Shown here one piece after another: positions 9,003 through 17,468 of a DNA stretch of 64,000 bases (positions are counted from its first letter, which is position 1; each line of letters starts with the position of its first letter). Made by a program: the position numbers and the translations under genes. The stretch is taken from contig JAJYWO010000002.1 of NCBI GenBank assembly GCA_021791445.1, positions 21,757 through 85,756 of the forward strand, read 5' to 3'. Source of the stretch: a bacterium (GTDB lineage: Bacteria; Patescibacteriota; Minisyncoccia; UBA6257; UBA9933). The notes below the pieces were generated by a model. It saw only the letters and a program-made list of their open reading frames with translations, had not been told where the DNA came from and did no database searches.

Positions 9003-9731
9003 TTAAATATTAAGATAGTTGCTCCACTTATCGTACAGTTCCTTCGTCGCTCTTAAATCGCCAGCGTTGTATCGGGCGATTTCCAAAAATTTTTTCTCTT
9101 TGTACAATCTGCCAACGTCGTCTCCGGTGACGCCGTCTTCTTTGGGGCTTTTTATGTTAAAAAGTTTGCTCCACAAATGCAGACTCCCCTTTTTGCGCAT
9201 ATTACCTTGAAAAGTGAGCTGGTCCGCCAAATCAATGTGCGTACAAGTTTTTTGTTGATATAAATACCGACTTTCGGAAAGATTTTTCGTGGGTCTGATA
9301 CCGTGATAAGCCGAGCGAATCATCAAAAACGGTCCGTCAAATTGCCGGCTGCTGAATCCGATAAATTCATCGTATATTTGGCTGCCCTTCCAGAAATGTT
9401 CCAACATTTCTTTTTCCGTCATTTGCTTGAAAGTGATGCCGTTTTCGCTGAATTCCTCTCCGCCAGCCGGCGGATTTTGTCCGGGCGCGCTGTAATAAAC
9501 AACCCCTTGGTTTTTCGCGTAATCCAAAACGCCGATTGCCACAATTTCTCCGGTTAAAGGCGAAAAACCGAGCCCGTTTTTCAGTTCTTCCAGAGCCACT
9601 TGATAATCCTCTTCTCCAGTTGATTCCTTTTTAATCCAGCGCGTCAAAGAATCTTGCGTTGTCTCGTCCAAAGAATCAAAATCAACTCCGATTGTCTCAA
9701 TATCAAAAATAAGCTTATTAGTTATTGACAT
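9003..9731 (-). CDS. RNase H-like 3'-5' exonuclease (DEDDy type)
   Basis: FDIET (Exo I), HIDLAD and Y-x3-D (YNAGD) motifs. Confidence 0.55.
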   Translation of the reverse strand: MSITNKLIFDIETIGVDFDSLDETTQDSLTRWIKKESTGEEDYQVALEELKNGLGFSPLTGEIVAIGVLDYAKNQGVVYYSAPGQNPPAGGEEFSENGITFKQMTEKEMLEHFWKGSQIYDEFIGFSSRQFDGPFLMIRSAYHGIRPTKNLSESRYLYQQKTCTHIDLADQLTFQGNMRKKGSLHLWSKLFNIKSPKEDGVTGDDVGRLYKEKKFLEIARYNAGDLRATKELYDKWSNYLNI

Positions 9732-9772
9732 ACGCTTGAATTATATACTATAATTCAAGGAATTCAAAATTT

Positions 9773-10048
9773 ATGGCGCATACTAAATCAGGAGGCTCTA
9801 CTAAGTTAGGCAGGGACTCCATATCAAAAAGACTTGGAATAAAGAGGCAAGAGGGGCAGGCGGTGAAAGCCGGCGAGGTTTTGATTCGCCAAAGAGGAAC
9901 CAGATATTTGCCGGGATTAAACGTTGCCCGAGCCGGAGACGATACTTTGTACGCCTTAAAAGACGGTGTGGTTAAGTTTTCCCAAAAGAAAAAGACGAAA
10001 TTCGACGGTAATCATCGTTATATTACGATGATAACGGTTCAGTCTTAA
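9773..10048 (+). CDS. rpmA: Ribosomal protein L27
   Basis: [21 protein letters not shown]27 signature. Confidence 0.9.
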   Translation: MAHTKSGGSTKLGRDSISKRLGIKRQEGQAVKAGEVLIRQRGTRYLPGLNVARAGDDTLYALKDGVVKFSQKKKTKFDGNHRYITMITVQS

Positions 10049-10490
10049 TTTTAACCGTTGTTTTTACTCCTTTACCGAGATTTATCTCTATTTGATGTTC
10101 GCCGATTATTTTAATCGGCTTTTCTAATTTAATTTCCAGATTATTCTCAACATATCCGCGCAAATCTGCGTTTATATCTGCGTCAATCCGCGTTTTGATG
10201 TCTTCTTTCGTAATAGAGCCAAACACTTCACCCTTTTTACCGACATTGAGCGAAAATACGAATTCGCGCTCGGATAATTCTTTTACTAAAGATTCCAGTT
10301 TTGATTTCAATTCTTTTCCTCGTTTTTCCAGCGATAATTTTTTCGCTTCCAATTCTTTTGTCGCGGAATCAGTGGCGATTTTCGCCAACCCTCGGGGAAT
10401 CAGAAAATTTCTGGCGTAGCCGTCTTTAATTTCCTTAATGTCAAATTTTTTGCCGATTCCCTTTATATTTTGGAGAATAATTATTTTCAT
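10023..10490 (-). CDS. rplI: Ribosomal protein L9
   Basis: [32 protein letters not shown]. Confidence 0.85.
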   Translation of the reverse strand: MKIIILQNIKGIGKKFDIKEIKDGYARNFLIPRGLAKIATDSATKELEAKKLSLEKRGKELKSKLESLVKELSEREFVFSLNVGKKGEVFGSITKEDIKTRIDADINADLRGYVENNLEIKLEKPIKIIGEHQIEINLGKGVKTTVKIKTEPLSS

Positions 10491-11752
10491 AATTGAGATT
10501 TCAAAATCTCTATCGCTTTTTCTAGTTGCGGGTCGCGGTCGGCTTTAATATCTTCTTCCGTGAGATTCACTTCATAATCCGGAATAATGCCGTTTTTCTC
10601 AATCAAGCCGCCGTTCGGCATCAGCCAATGCGCAACGGTTATTTTCACCGATGAACCATCATTTAATTTTTCAAGTTCTTGAACCGTTCCTTTGCCGTAG
10701 CTTTTTTTGCCGATTAATTTAATTCCCCTGTTGTCGCGCAAAGCGCCGGCAAGAATTTCTGAAGCCGAAGCTGAACCCTCGTTTATTAAAATCACCATCG
10801 GCATATCTTTGAAAAATCCGCTGTTATTCGCTTTAAACTCTTCTTTTTCGCCGGAGCCGAATTCTTCGGTTACAACCAATTCGCCCGGTTTCAAAAACCA
10901 ACCCGCTAAATTAACGGATGCTTCCAGATAGCCGCCCGGATTATTCCTTAAATCAAGAATAATTCCTTTTGGATTTTGCATTGCTGCTTTGACGGCTGAT
11001 TGGTAAAACAAGAACGGCGCGTTTTCGTAAAAATTATAAAGATGGAAATATGCGATGTCTTTTCCTTCGGTTTCGCTCAGGGCAAGCATTTCAAAATCAA
11101 TGGTTGGAATTTGAATTATGTCGCGAACAATGGGAAATTCTTTCGGTTCGTTCCAGCCGTTTCTTTGAATGGTTAAAACAACGGTCGTTCCGCGCGGCCC
11201 TCTTATCAATTTAACTGCTTCGTCAACCGACATATCGATTGATACTTTGTCGTCTATTTTTAATATTTTATCCAGCGCTTTTAAGCCCGCTCTTTCCGCC
11301 GGAGTGTCTTTCAGCGGCGAAATTACAACCAGTTGGTCGTTGCGTCGGCCGATTTCCATTCCCACGCCGGAAAATTCGCCGCTGATTTCCTCATTGAATT
11401 TTTTAGCGTCCGACGGCGGCATAAAGACCGTGTTCGGGTCTTCCAAAGAATCAAACAAGCCGGAAATAGCGCCATAAACAAGTTTTTGATTGTCAACTTT
11501 TCCGGTGTCAACGTATTTTTCTTTCAAAATTTTCCACGCCTGCCAGAAGATATTAAAATCAACGGCTTCGGGTTTGCCTTCTTCAATATTGGCGACTCCG
11601 CGGAAAATAACGGTTTGGGGATTTTCAACGCCTTTGTTGTATCCCAAATAAAAGGCTTCTGCGGCTATTACGGCGACGATTGCCAACATAATTATCGCGC
11701 GAAACCATTTATTTTTAATGACTGTTTTGATAAATTTTTTCATTTTAAGCAT
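10487..11752 (-). CDS. ctpA: Carboxy-terminal processing protease (S41, PDZ-containing)
   Basis: GSASASEILAGALRDN...SYGKGTVQ catalytic region. N-terminal TM segment. Confidence 0.85.
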   Translation of the reverse strand: MLKMKKFIKTVIKNKWFRAIIMLAIVAVIAAEAFYLGYNKGVENPQTVIFRGVANIEEGKPEAVDFNIFWQAWKILKEKYVDTGKVDNQKLVYGAISGLFDSLEDPNTVFMPPSDAKKFNEEISGEFSGVGMEIGRRNDQLVVISPLKDTPAERAGLKALDKILKIDDKVSIDMSVDEAVKLIRGPRGTTVVLTIQRNGWNEPKEFPIVRDIIQIPTIDFEMLALSETEGKDIAYFHLYNFYENAPFLFYQSAVKAAMQNPKGIILDLRNNPGGYLEASVNLAGWFLKPGELVVTEEFGSGEKEEFKANNSGFFKDMPMVILINEGSASASEILAGALRDNRGIKLIGKKSYGKGTVQELEKLNDGSSVKITVAHWLMPNGGLIEKNGIIPDYEVNLTEEDIKADRDPQLEKAIEILKSQL

Positions 11753-13172
11753 TTTGATATTTTACACGAAAAAATTGAAAATACAAGACAAAAGTTATTA
11801 TTGCCAGATAATAAATTATTGCGCTTAAAATTCCCATATTGTTGCCGATTGGCAGAGAAATTCCGGAAAATATGTCAATGATTTTCAATTCATAAGCAAG
11901 AAATAAACTCACAAACCAGCCGTAAACCGCTGCCAGCGGCAAAGCGATGAATTCCAACGCCGCTAACGCGAATCCCATAATCATTATAATGGGAATCGCT
12001 TCCAGCACTAAAATATTTGCCGGCAGAGACAATAAGGAAAAATTGCCGAAATTCGCCAGAAGCAAAGGTATAACTGCCAATTGCGCCGAAGTTGTTGTCA
12101 GAAAATTTTCCCGCCAATTCAAAAAACCGCCTCCTTCTTTCATTTTGAAAAATTTTCTGATTGCCGGTGAAAGATAAACAATGCCGAGCAGCGCCATAAA
12201 CGACAGTTGAAATCCCAAATCAAAGCGCAGGATTTTCGGATTGTATAAAATCATTATGAAAGCCGCGGCAATAATGGCGTTGCGCATGCTGTGGACGCGG
12301 CCTATTTGTTTTGCCAATAAAATTATTCCGCCCATTACTGCGGCGCGGACCACCGACGCTTCAGCGCCGGTCATTAAGACAAAAAATGTAATTATTATAA
12401 GCGTGAACCAAAAAACCGATTTTCGGCGGCTGAAAAACTCCAAAAAAGACGAAATGGCGATAACGATAATCGTAATGTTTTGCCCCGATAAAGCTACTAA
12501 ATGAGTTGTGCCACTTTTCGCCATTTTATCTTTCAGTTCTTGGGAAAATTCCGCGCGTTCACCCAATGTGATTCCGGACAAAAAGGCCGCTTTTTCCGCT
12601 TTTAATGTTTTATGAAAAACGGCGATAATATTTTCTTTTAACTTGAAAAGTTTTGATTTTAAATACGAACCTTGATTTTCAATAAGCAGTTCTGTTTTTG
12701 GAAAATTTATCGTTCCAAATATATTGTCTTTGCTGAGATAATCCGCGTATCCTTGCGGTTCGGGTTTTTTAATTACCCCTTCGAATTTTATTAAATCTCC
12801 ATAATTGAAACTCGGGTATTGTCTAACGGTGGCGGTAATTTTTCCGGAATAAGGCGGTTGAAGCGCGATGGTTAATTTTTGCGCATTTCCTTTTTGCGGA
12901 TAGCTAACCACAATTCCGTCAAATGTTGTTTTCTCGTTGAATGAAATATTGGTTTTTTGTTCTTGAATTGCGCCGTATAAATTGCAATAAAAAAATCCGG
13001 CCAAAATAAAAAATGACAAAGCCGCAAACCATTTTAAACGATAAATTAAAAATATGGCTGATATTAAAAAAACCGATAAAACGGCTATTGCCGGAATTAA
13101 TTGAAAACTGGCAATAAAAACACCAATAAGAAAAAAGGAGACGGAATAAAAGAAAATATCGTAAAGGCGCAT
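11745..13172 (-). CDS. comEC: ComEC/Rec2-family competence channel protein. No beta-lactamase domain.
   Basis: Polytopic membrane protein with a GTTHLVALSGQNITII competence-domain motif. Confidence 0.65.
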   Translation of the reverse strand: MRLYDIFFYSVSFFLIGVFIASFQLIPAIAVLSVFLISAIFLIYRLKWFAALSFFILAGFFYCNLYGAIQEQKTNISFNEKTTFDGIVVSYPQKGNAQKLTIALQPPYSGKITATVRQYPSFNYGDLIKFEGVIKKPEPQGYADYLSKDNIFGTINFPKTELLIENQGSYLKSKLFKLKENIIAVFHKTLKAEKAAFLSGITLGERAEFSQELKDKMAKSGTTHLVALSGQNITIIVIAISSFLEFFSRRKSVFWFTLIIITFFVLMTGAEASVVRAAVMGGIILLAKQIGRVHSMRNAIIAAAFIMILYNPKILRFDLGFQLSFMALLGIVYLSPAIRKFFKMKEGGGFLNWRENFLTTTSAQLAVIPLLLANFGNFSLLSLPANILVLEAIPIIMIMGFALAALEFIALPLAAVYGWFVSLFLAYELKIIDIFSGISLPIGNNMGILSAIIYYLAIITFVLYFQFFRVKYQNA

Positions 13173-13173
13173 T

Positions 13174-13701
13174 TTAATATTTCGGCTGGATTTCTTTGAT
13201 TTTTAATTTAAAATTAACTAATCGCGCCAGGGCGTATAATAACGACGAGAGACGGTTTAAATAAGCCAAAGATTCGTCGTTGGGTTGTGTTTTTTCGCTT
13301 TCAAAATACGCGATTGCTCGTCTTTCCGCGCGTCGCGCCACAGCGCGTGTATAATCAAAATACGCCGCTAGTTCATTGCCGCCCGGAAGGAAAAAACTTT
13401 TAATCGGCGGCAATTGTTTTTCAATATCGTCGATTATTTTTTCAATTTCATCTATTTTATCTTGGGTGATTTTTTTATCGGCGCCAGCGATTTTCGCTTG
13501 AATAATAAAAAGATTATTTTGAACTTGTTCGATAATTTTAAGTTCAAAATCAGCCGCTTTTGTTTTACAAATCCCCAATAAGGAATTAAGTTCGTCCAGT
13601 GAACCCAAAGATTCCGTCAAAGCGGAATTTTTGGAAAATCTTTGTTTGCAGCCGAATGCGCTTGTATCCCCTTTGTCGCCTTTACGAGTGTATAAAGCCA
13701 T
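13174..13701 (-). CDS. PduO-type ATP:cob(I)alamin adenosyltransferase-like protein
   Basis: MALYTRKGDKGDTS...LGSLDELNSLLG matches the PduO/MMAB N-terminal signature. Confidence 0.65.
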   Translation of the reverse strand: MALYTRKGDKGDTSAFGCKQRFSKNSALTESLGSLDELNSLLGICKTKAADFELKIIEQVQNNLFIIQAKIAGADKKITQDKIDEIEKIIDDIEKQLPPIKSFFLPGGNELAAYFDYTRAVARRAERRAIAYFESEKTQPNDESLAYLNRLSSLLYALARLVNFKLKIKEIQPKY

Positions 13702-13714
13702 TAAGCAAATTTTA

Positions 13715-14836
13715 TCAAATTATCACCCCGCCGCCAAGCATTTCGCCTTTTTTGTCGTAGAATACGGCGGATTGGCCGGGAGCTATAAATTTAACAGGCG
13801 CGTCAAATTCAATTTTCAATTTTGAATTCTGAATTTTCAATTTCGCCGAAACTAATGGTTGGCGATAACGCACTCGCGCGTAAATTGTTATTCGCTTATT
13901 CGCGCGAATTAGAGAATAACAATTTGGATTTATAAAATTTACACCTGTCAATTGGATTTCTTTTCTGTATAACGCCGGACTATCTTCTCCTTCGGCAACC
14001 ACAATAATATTTTTCTTTATATTTTTTTCAACCACATAATATGGCTTTTTGGAGCCGCCGATGCCCAATCCGTGCCGCTGGCCGATGGTGTAAAAATGCG
14101 CGCCTTTGTGTTTGCCTATTTTTTTGCCGAAAATATCCAAAACATTCCCCCTTTTTTCGGGAATGTATTTTTTTAAAAAATCATCAAGCGAAACTTTTCC
14201 CAAAAAACAAATTCCCTGTGAATCCTTTTTTTCGGCTGTCGCCAATCCGGCTTTTTTGGCGATTTTTCGCACTTCGTTTTTCAAATAACCGCCAATCGGG
14301 AAAAGACAATGCTTTAATTGTTTCTGCGTCAAAGTCCAAAGGAAATACGATTGATCTTTATTTGTGTCTTTGGCTTGCCAAAGACTAAATTTTGAATTTT
14401 GAATTTTGAATTTTGAATTTGTTTGGGATTTGGGATTTCGAATTTGGGATTTTTGCAAGCGGACATAATGACCGCTTGCGATGTAATCCGCTCCCATTTT
14501 CAACGCTTTATTCAGAAATAAGCCGAACTTAATTTCGCGATTACACATCACATCCGGGTTCGGCGTAATCCCCTTCTTATATCCTTTTACCATATATTCC
14601 ACCACTTTCTTTTTGTATTCTTCTTCAAAATCCCAAACGTAAAAAGGAATTTTCAATTTTTCAGCCACGCGGCGAGCGTCTTCGGCGTCGCGCTCGCTGC
14701 ATCCGTCTAAATTATAACAGCGCATAAAAACACCGACTACTTTATAGCCTTGTTTTTTTAATAATAAAGCGGCGACGCTGGAATCAACGCCGCCCGACAT
14801 TGCCACAAATACAGTTTTCTTATTATTTTTCTTCAT
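13715..14836 (-). CDS. mnmA: tRNA 2-thiouridylase MnmA
   Basis: VFVAMSGGVDSSVAA PP-loop. Carries two in-frame heptamer repeats, at 13808-13845 and 14406-14473. Confidence 0.9.
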   Translation of the reverse strand: MKKNNKKTVFVAMSGGVDSSVAALLLKKQGYKVVGVFMRCYNLDGCSERDAEDARRVAEKLKIPFYVWDFEEEYKKKVVEYMVKGYKKGITPNPDVMCNREIKFGLFLNKALKMGADYIASGHYVRLQKSQIRNPKSQTNSKFKIQNSKFSLWQAKDTNKDQSYFLWTLTQKQLKHCLFPIGGYLKNEVRKIAKKAGLATAEKKDSQGICFLGKVSLDDFLKKYIPEKRGNVLDIFGKKIGKHKGAHFYTIGQRHGLGIGGSKKPYYVVEKNIKKNIIVVAEGEDSPALYRKEIQLTGVNFINPNCYSLIRANKRITIYARVRYRQPLVSAKLKIQNSKLKIEFDAPVKFIAPGQSAVFYDKKGEMLGGGVII

Positions 14837-15512
14837 TAAGCTGTTTTATAACATTTTTTAAGTCATCTGGCAATTCGGCTTCTATTTTTATTCGCTCACC
14901 GTTTTTTGAACTGAATTCCAATGATTCGGCGTGAAGAAATTGGCGCTTTAATCCCAATGGATTGTCTTTTGGCCCGTAAAGCGAATCACCGATAATCGGA
15001 TGGCCGATTGAAGCCAAATGCACTCTGATTTGATGAGTTCTGCCGGTTCTTGGTGACGCTTCCACTAAAGAAAAGTTTTTTAAATATTTTAAAACTTTAT
15101 ATTCGGTAATCGCGACTTTTTCATCTTTGCCTTTATGAATCGTTCTTTTAACGCTTCCCGATTTTATCATAATCGGCTTTTCTATAACGCTACTTTTCGG
15201 TTTTATTTCTCCGTACGCCAAAGCCAAATATTTCTTTTTTATTTTATGTTCTTGAAAAAGTTTTTTGGCATAATTGAAAAAAATTTGATTGCGGCAAATT
15301 AAAATCACGCCGGAAGTGTCTTTATCTAAGCGGTGCACTATTCCCGGTCTGATTTGCGGTTCATCCCCCACTTTTTTTATTTCCGGATATTTTTTAAGAA
15401 GCCAATCCGTCAAAGCCGGCTCCGACGAATTTTTTACAGGATGAACCAATAACCCGGCCGGTTTGTTAATTGCCGCAAAATCTGGAGTCTCGTAAATTAC
15501 TTCGATTTTCAT
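14823..15512 (-). CDS. RluA-family pseudouridine synthase
   Basis: HRLDKDTSGVIL catalytic motif. Start moved to the ATG at 15512 so it does not overlap tRNA-Val. Confidence 0.8.
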   Translation of the reverse strand: MKIEVIYETPDFAAINKPAGLLVHPVKNSSEPALTDWLLKKYPEIKKVGDEPQIRPGIVHRLDKDTSGVILICRNQIFFNYAKKLFQEHKIKKKYLALAYGEIKPKSSVIEKPIMIKSGSVKRTIHKGKDEKVAITEYKVLKYLKNFSLVEASPRTGRTHQIRVHLASIGHPIIGDSLYGPKDNPLGLKRQFLHAESLEFSSKNGERIKIEAELPDDLKNVIKQLNEEK

Positions 15513-15587
15513 TGGTGCGCGATAGAAGGATTGAACTTCTGACCTCTTCAATGTCAATGAAGCGCTCTACCACTGAGCTAATCGCGC
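15513..15587 (-). tRNA. tRNA-Val(GAC)
   Basis: Cloverleaf folded by hand. Anticodon loop TTGACAT. CCA is encoded. Confidence 0.85.
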
Positions 15588-15635
15588 ATATTATTTTTAC
15601 GATTAATATTATTTATTATTTTTTTATTTTTGTCC

Positions 15636-15652
15636 GCCTTCGGCGGATGAAC
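15636..15652. repeat. REP-like hairpin TCCGCC-TTC-GGCGGA in the tRNA-Ile/tRNA-Val spacer. A tRNA-Val 5' fragment lies nearby at 15733-15756.
   Basis: Seen in the sequence. The reverse complement of 15733-15756 (GCGCGATTAGCGAAGTGG) resembles the tRNA-Val 5' acceptor and D arm. Confidence 0.45.
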
Positions 15653-15759
15653 GCTCTTCCTGGGTGGCTTTTATTGTCTGTAAGCCGCCCGTTGGCCTGA
15701 TATAAATTTTACTTCGTAAAATTTATGTGGCCAACCCACTTCGCTAATCGCGCAATTTG

Positions 15760-15832
15760 TGCGAGTGGAAGGAATCGGACCTTCGACCTCCATATTATCA
15801 GTATGGCGTTCTACCACTGAACTACACTCGCC
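15760..15832 (-). tRNA. tRNA-Ile(GAT)
   Basis: Cloverleaf folded by hand. Anticodon loop CTGATAA. Confidence 0.85.
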
Positions 15833-15841
15833 TATTAAAAT

Positions 15842-16057
15842 CTATTTCATTATCCCTATTTTTTTTAATCCGTCAAAGTTTATTTTAGGAATTCCATTTT
15901 CTTTAATCGTTCCTTCTCCGAGCGCTCCGCCGGCTTTTATCACTAAAAATCTAATGGCGTAAAAAATAAATCCGATTACGGCAATCAATAAAATCAAGCC
16001 GGAGACAACGAACATAATTTCTTTCTTTTTATTTTTAAAAGTAAAAAACTTTTCCAT
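15842..16057 (-). CDS. Small membrane protein, possibly a PilN-like pilus assembly component
   Basis: Single TM helix. Start is uncertain because the full ORF overlaps the upstream gene. Confidence 0.3.
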   Translation of the reverse strand: MEKFFTFKNKKKEIMFVVSGLILLIAVIGFIFYAIRFLVIKAGGALGEGTIKENGIPKINFDGLKKIGIMK

Positions 16058-16544
16058 TGAATAGCATTTTAAATTTCTTGTCCCGTTCGCTAATATCAAC
16101 ATTTTCCAATTTAACAACGTACTGGCTGTTTTCAACCGATCTCAAAAAAGCGATTAATCCGTTCAATTCCCCTTCCGCGCTGGCTGTCAAGCCGAGCGAT
16201 TTCAAATCGCCCGACGATTTGGCGTCTTCGCCGGAAAAACTTGATGTAAGACTTATTTTATTTTGTCCCGCCGCGATATCCAATTCTTTTGAGAAATTTA
16301 TTAGCTGATCCTTTGTCGGCAAAAGATTTTCAATTCCGAAAACATACGGCTGAACTTTATTGATTTCGCCGCGCATGGTTGACAGAGAATTAATTATTTT
16401 TGAGCGCAAACTTATTTCATTCCGGACTTCCTTTATTTGCTCGGATTTTTTTGAAATGTCAATTCCGACAAAAACCAAACCGCCAGCCAAGATTAAAATC
16501 GCCAAAATTCCCAATCCCGCTGTTAAAATCAACTGCTTTCTCAT
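16035..16544 (-). CDS. PilO-like type IV pilus assembly protein
   Basis: N-terminal TM segment, a coiled-coil stretch, then a periplasmic domain. Lies divergent from dprA. Weak assignment. Confidence 0.4.
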   Translation of the reverse strand: MRKQLILTAGLGILAILILAGGLVFVGIDISKKSEQIKEVRNEISLRSKIINSLSTMRGEINKVQPYVFGIENLLPTKDQLINFSKELDIAAGQNKISLTSSFSGEDAKSSGDLKSLGLTASAEGELNGLIAFLRSVENSQYVVKLENVDISERDKKFKMLFNGKVFYF

Positions 16545-16556
16545 ATAATTATAATA

Positions 16557-17465
16557 ATGAAGAAAAGTTATAAAATCAACAGTATAAAAATAACAGATTC
16601 AAATTACCCTTCTTTGCTTAAAGAGATTCCGGACGCGCCGGAAAAGCTTTATATTATCGGCGAATTGCCGCCGGATTCTCCGATTGGCGGACCGCATATC
16701 GCCATTGTGGGCACAAGAAAAGCCGGTGCGACAGGCCGCAGATTTGCCAGAGAGTTGGCGAAAAAACTTGTTGAATCGGGCGCCGTTATTGTGAGCGGTT
16801 TGGCCATGGGAATTGACACCGCGGCCCACGAAGGCGCGGTTTTGGCCGGCGGCAAAACAATCGCAGTTTTGGCGAATGGACTGGACACAATTTATCCGGC
16901 GCAAAATGAAAATTTGGCCGAGAAAATTCTTGAATTTAACGGAGCAATTATTTCCGAATATGAACCGGGGACGCCGTCTTTCCAAAATCAATTTCTTGAA
17001 CGCAACCGCATTGTAAGCGGTTTAAGCATTGCCACAATCGTCATTGAGGCGCCCGAACATTCCGGTTCTTTGGTTACCGCGCGTTTGGCGGCTGAACAAG
17101 GCCGCGATGTTTTTGTTATTCCGGGCTCTATTGATAATCCTAATTATCGCGGTTCACATAAGCTTATTAGGGACGGCGCGGTATTGGTCGCTTCTATTGA
17201 AGATACTATGGAAGAATTGGGTGATAAAATTCCAAATTATAAATCACAAATTACAAATAAATCACAAATACAAAATTACAAAAAACAAATTAAAGATGAA
17301 AATCAATTGATAATTTATAAAGCGCTTCAAGAAGCCGGCGGACCACTTACTATTGACGAAATTGTCAAAATAACTAAACTTGAACCCCAAATCGCCAATC
17401 AAGCCGTTGCTTTTTTAATTATCGCTGAGATAATAAAAGAAGCGGATGGAAAATATAGTTTATAA
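16557..17465 (+). CDS. dprA: DNA processing protein DprA (Smf)
   Basis: IAIVGTRKAG...VIVSGLAMGIDTAAHEGAL Rossmann-like core. In-frame repeat at 17236-17292. Confidence 0.85.
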   Translation: MKKSYKINSIKITDSNYPSLLKEIPDAPEKLYIIGELPPDSPIGGPHIAIVGTRKAGATGRRFARELAKKLVESGAVIVSGLAMGIDTAAHEGAVLAGGKTIAVLANGLDTIYPAQNENLAEKILEFNGAIISEYEPGTPSFQNQFLERNRIVSGLSIATIVIEAPEHSGSLVTARLAAEQGRDVFVIPGSIDNPNYRGSHKLIRDGAVLVASIEDTMEELGDKIPNYKSQITNKSQIQNYKKQIKDENQLIIYKALQEAGGPLTIDEIVKITKLEPQIANQAVAFLIIAEIIKEADGKYSL

Positions 17466-17468
17466 AAA

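Noticed and set aside
15636-15652. TCCGCC-TTC-GGCGGA hairpin considered as an intrinsic terminator between the tRNAs
   Set aside because: On the transcribed minus strand it is followed by an A-run, not a U-run, and on the plus strand the T-run precedes it. It fits the REP-like family better than a terminator.
15470-15962. Supplied ORFs 15470..15700 (+) and 15759..15962 (+)
   Set aside because: They overlap tRNA-Val and tRNA-Ile on the opposite strand and are low-complexity. Spurious.
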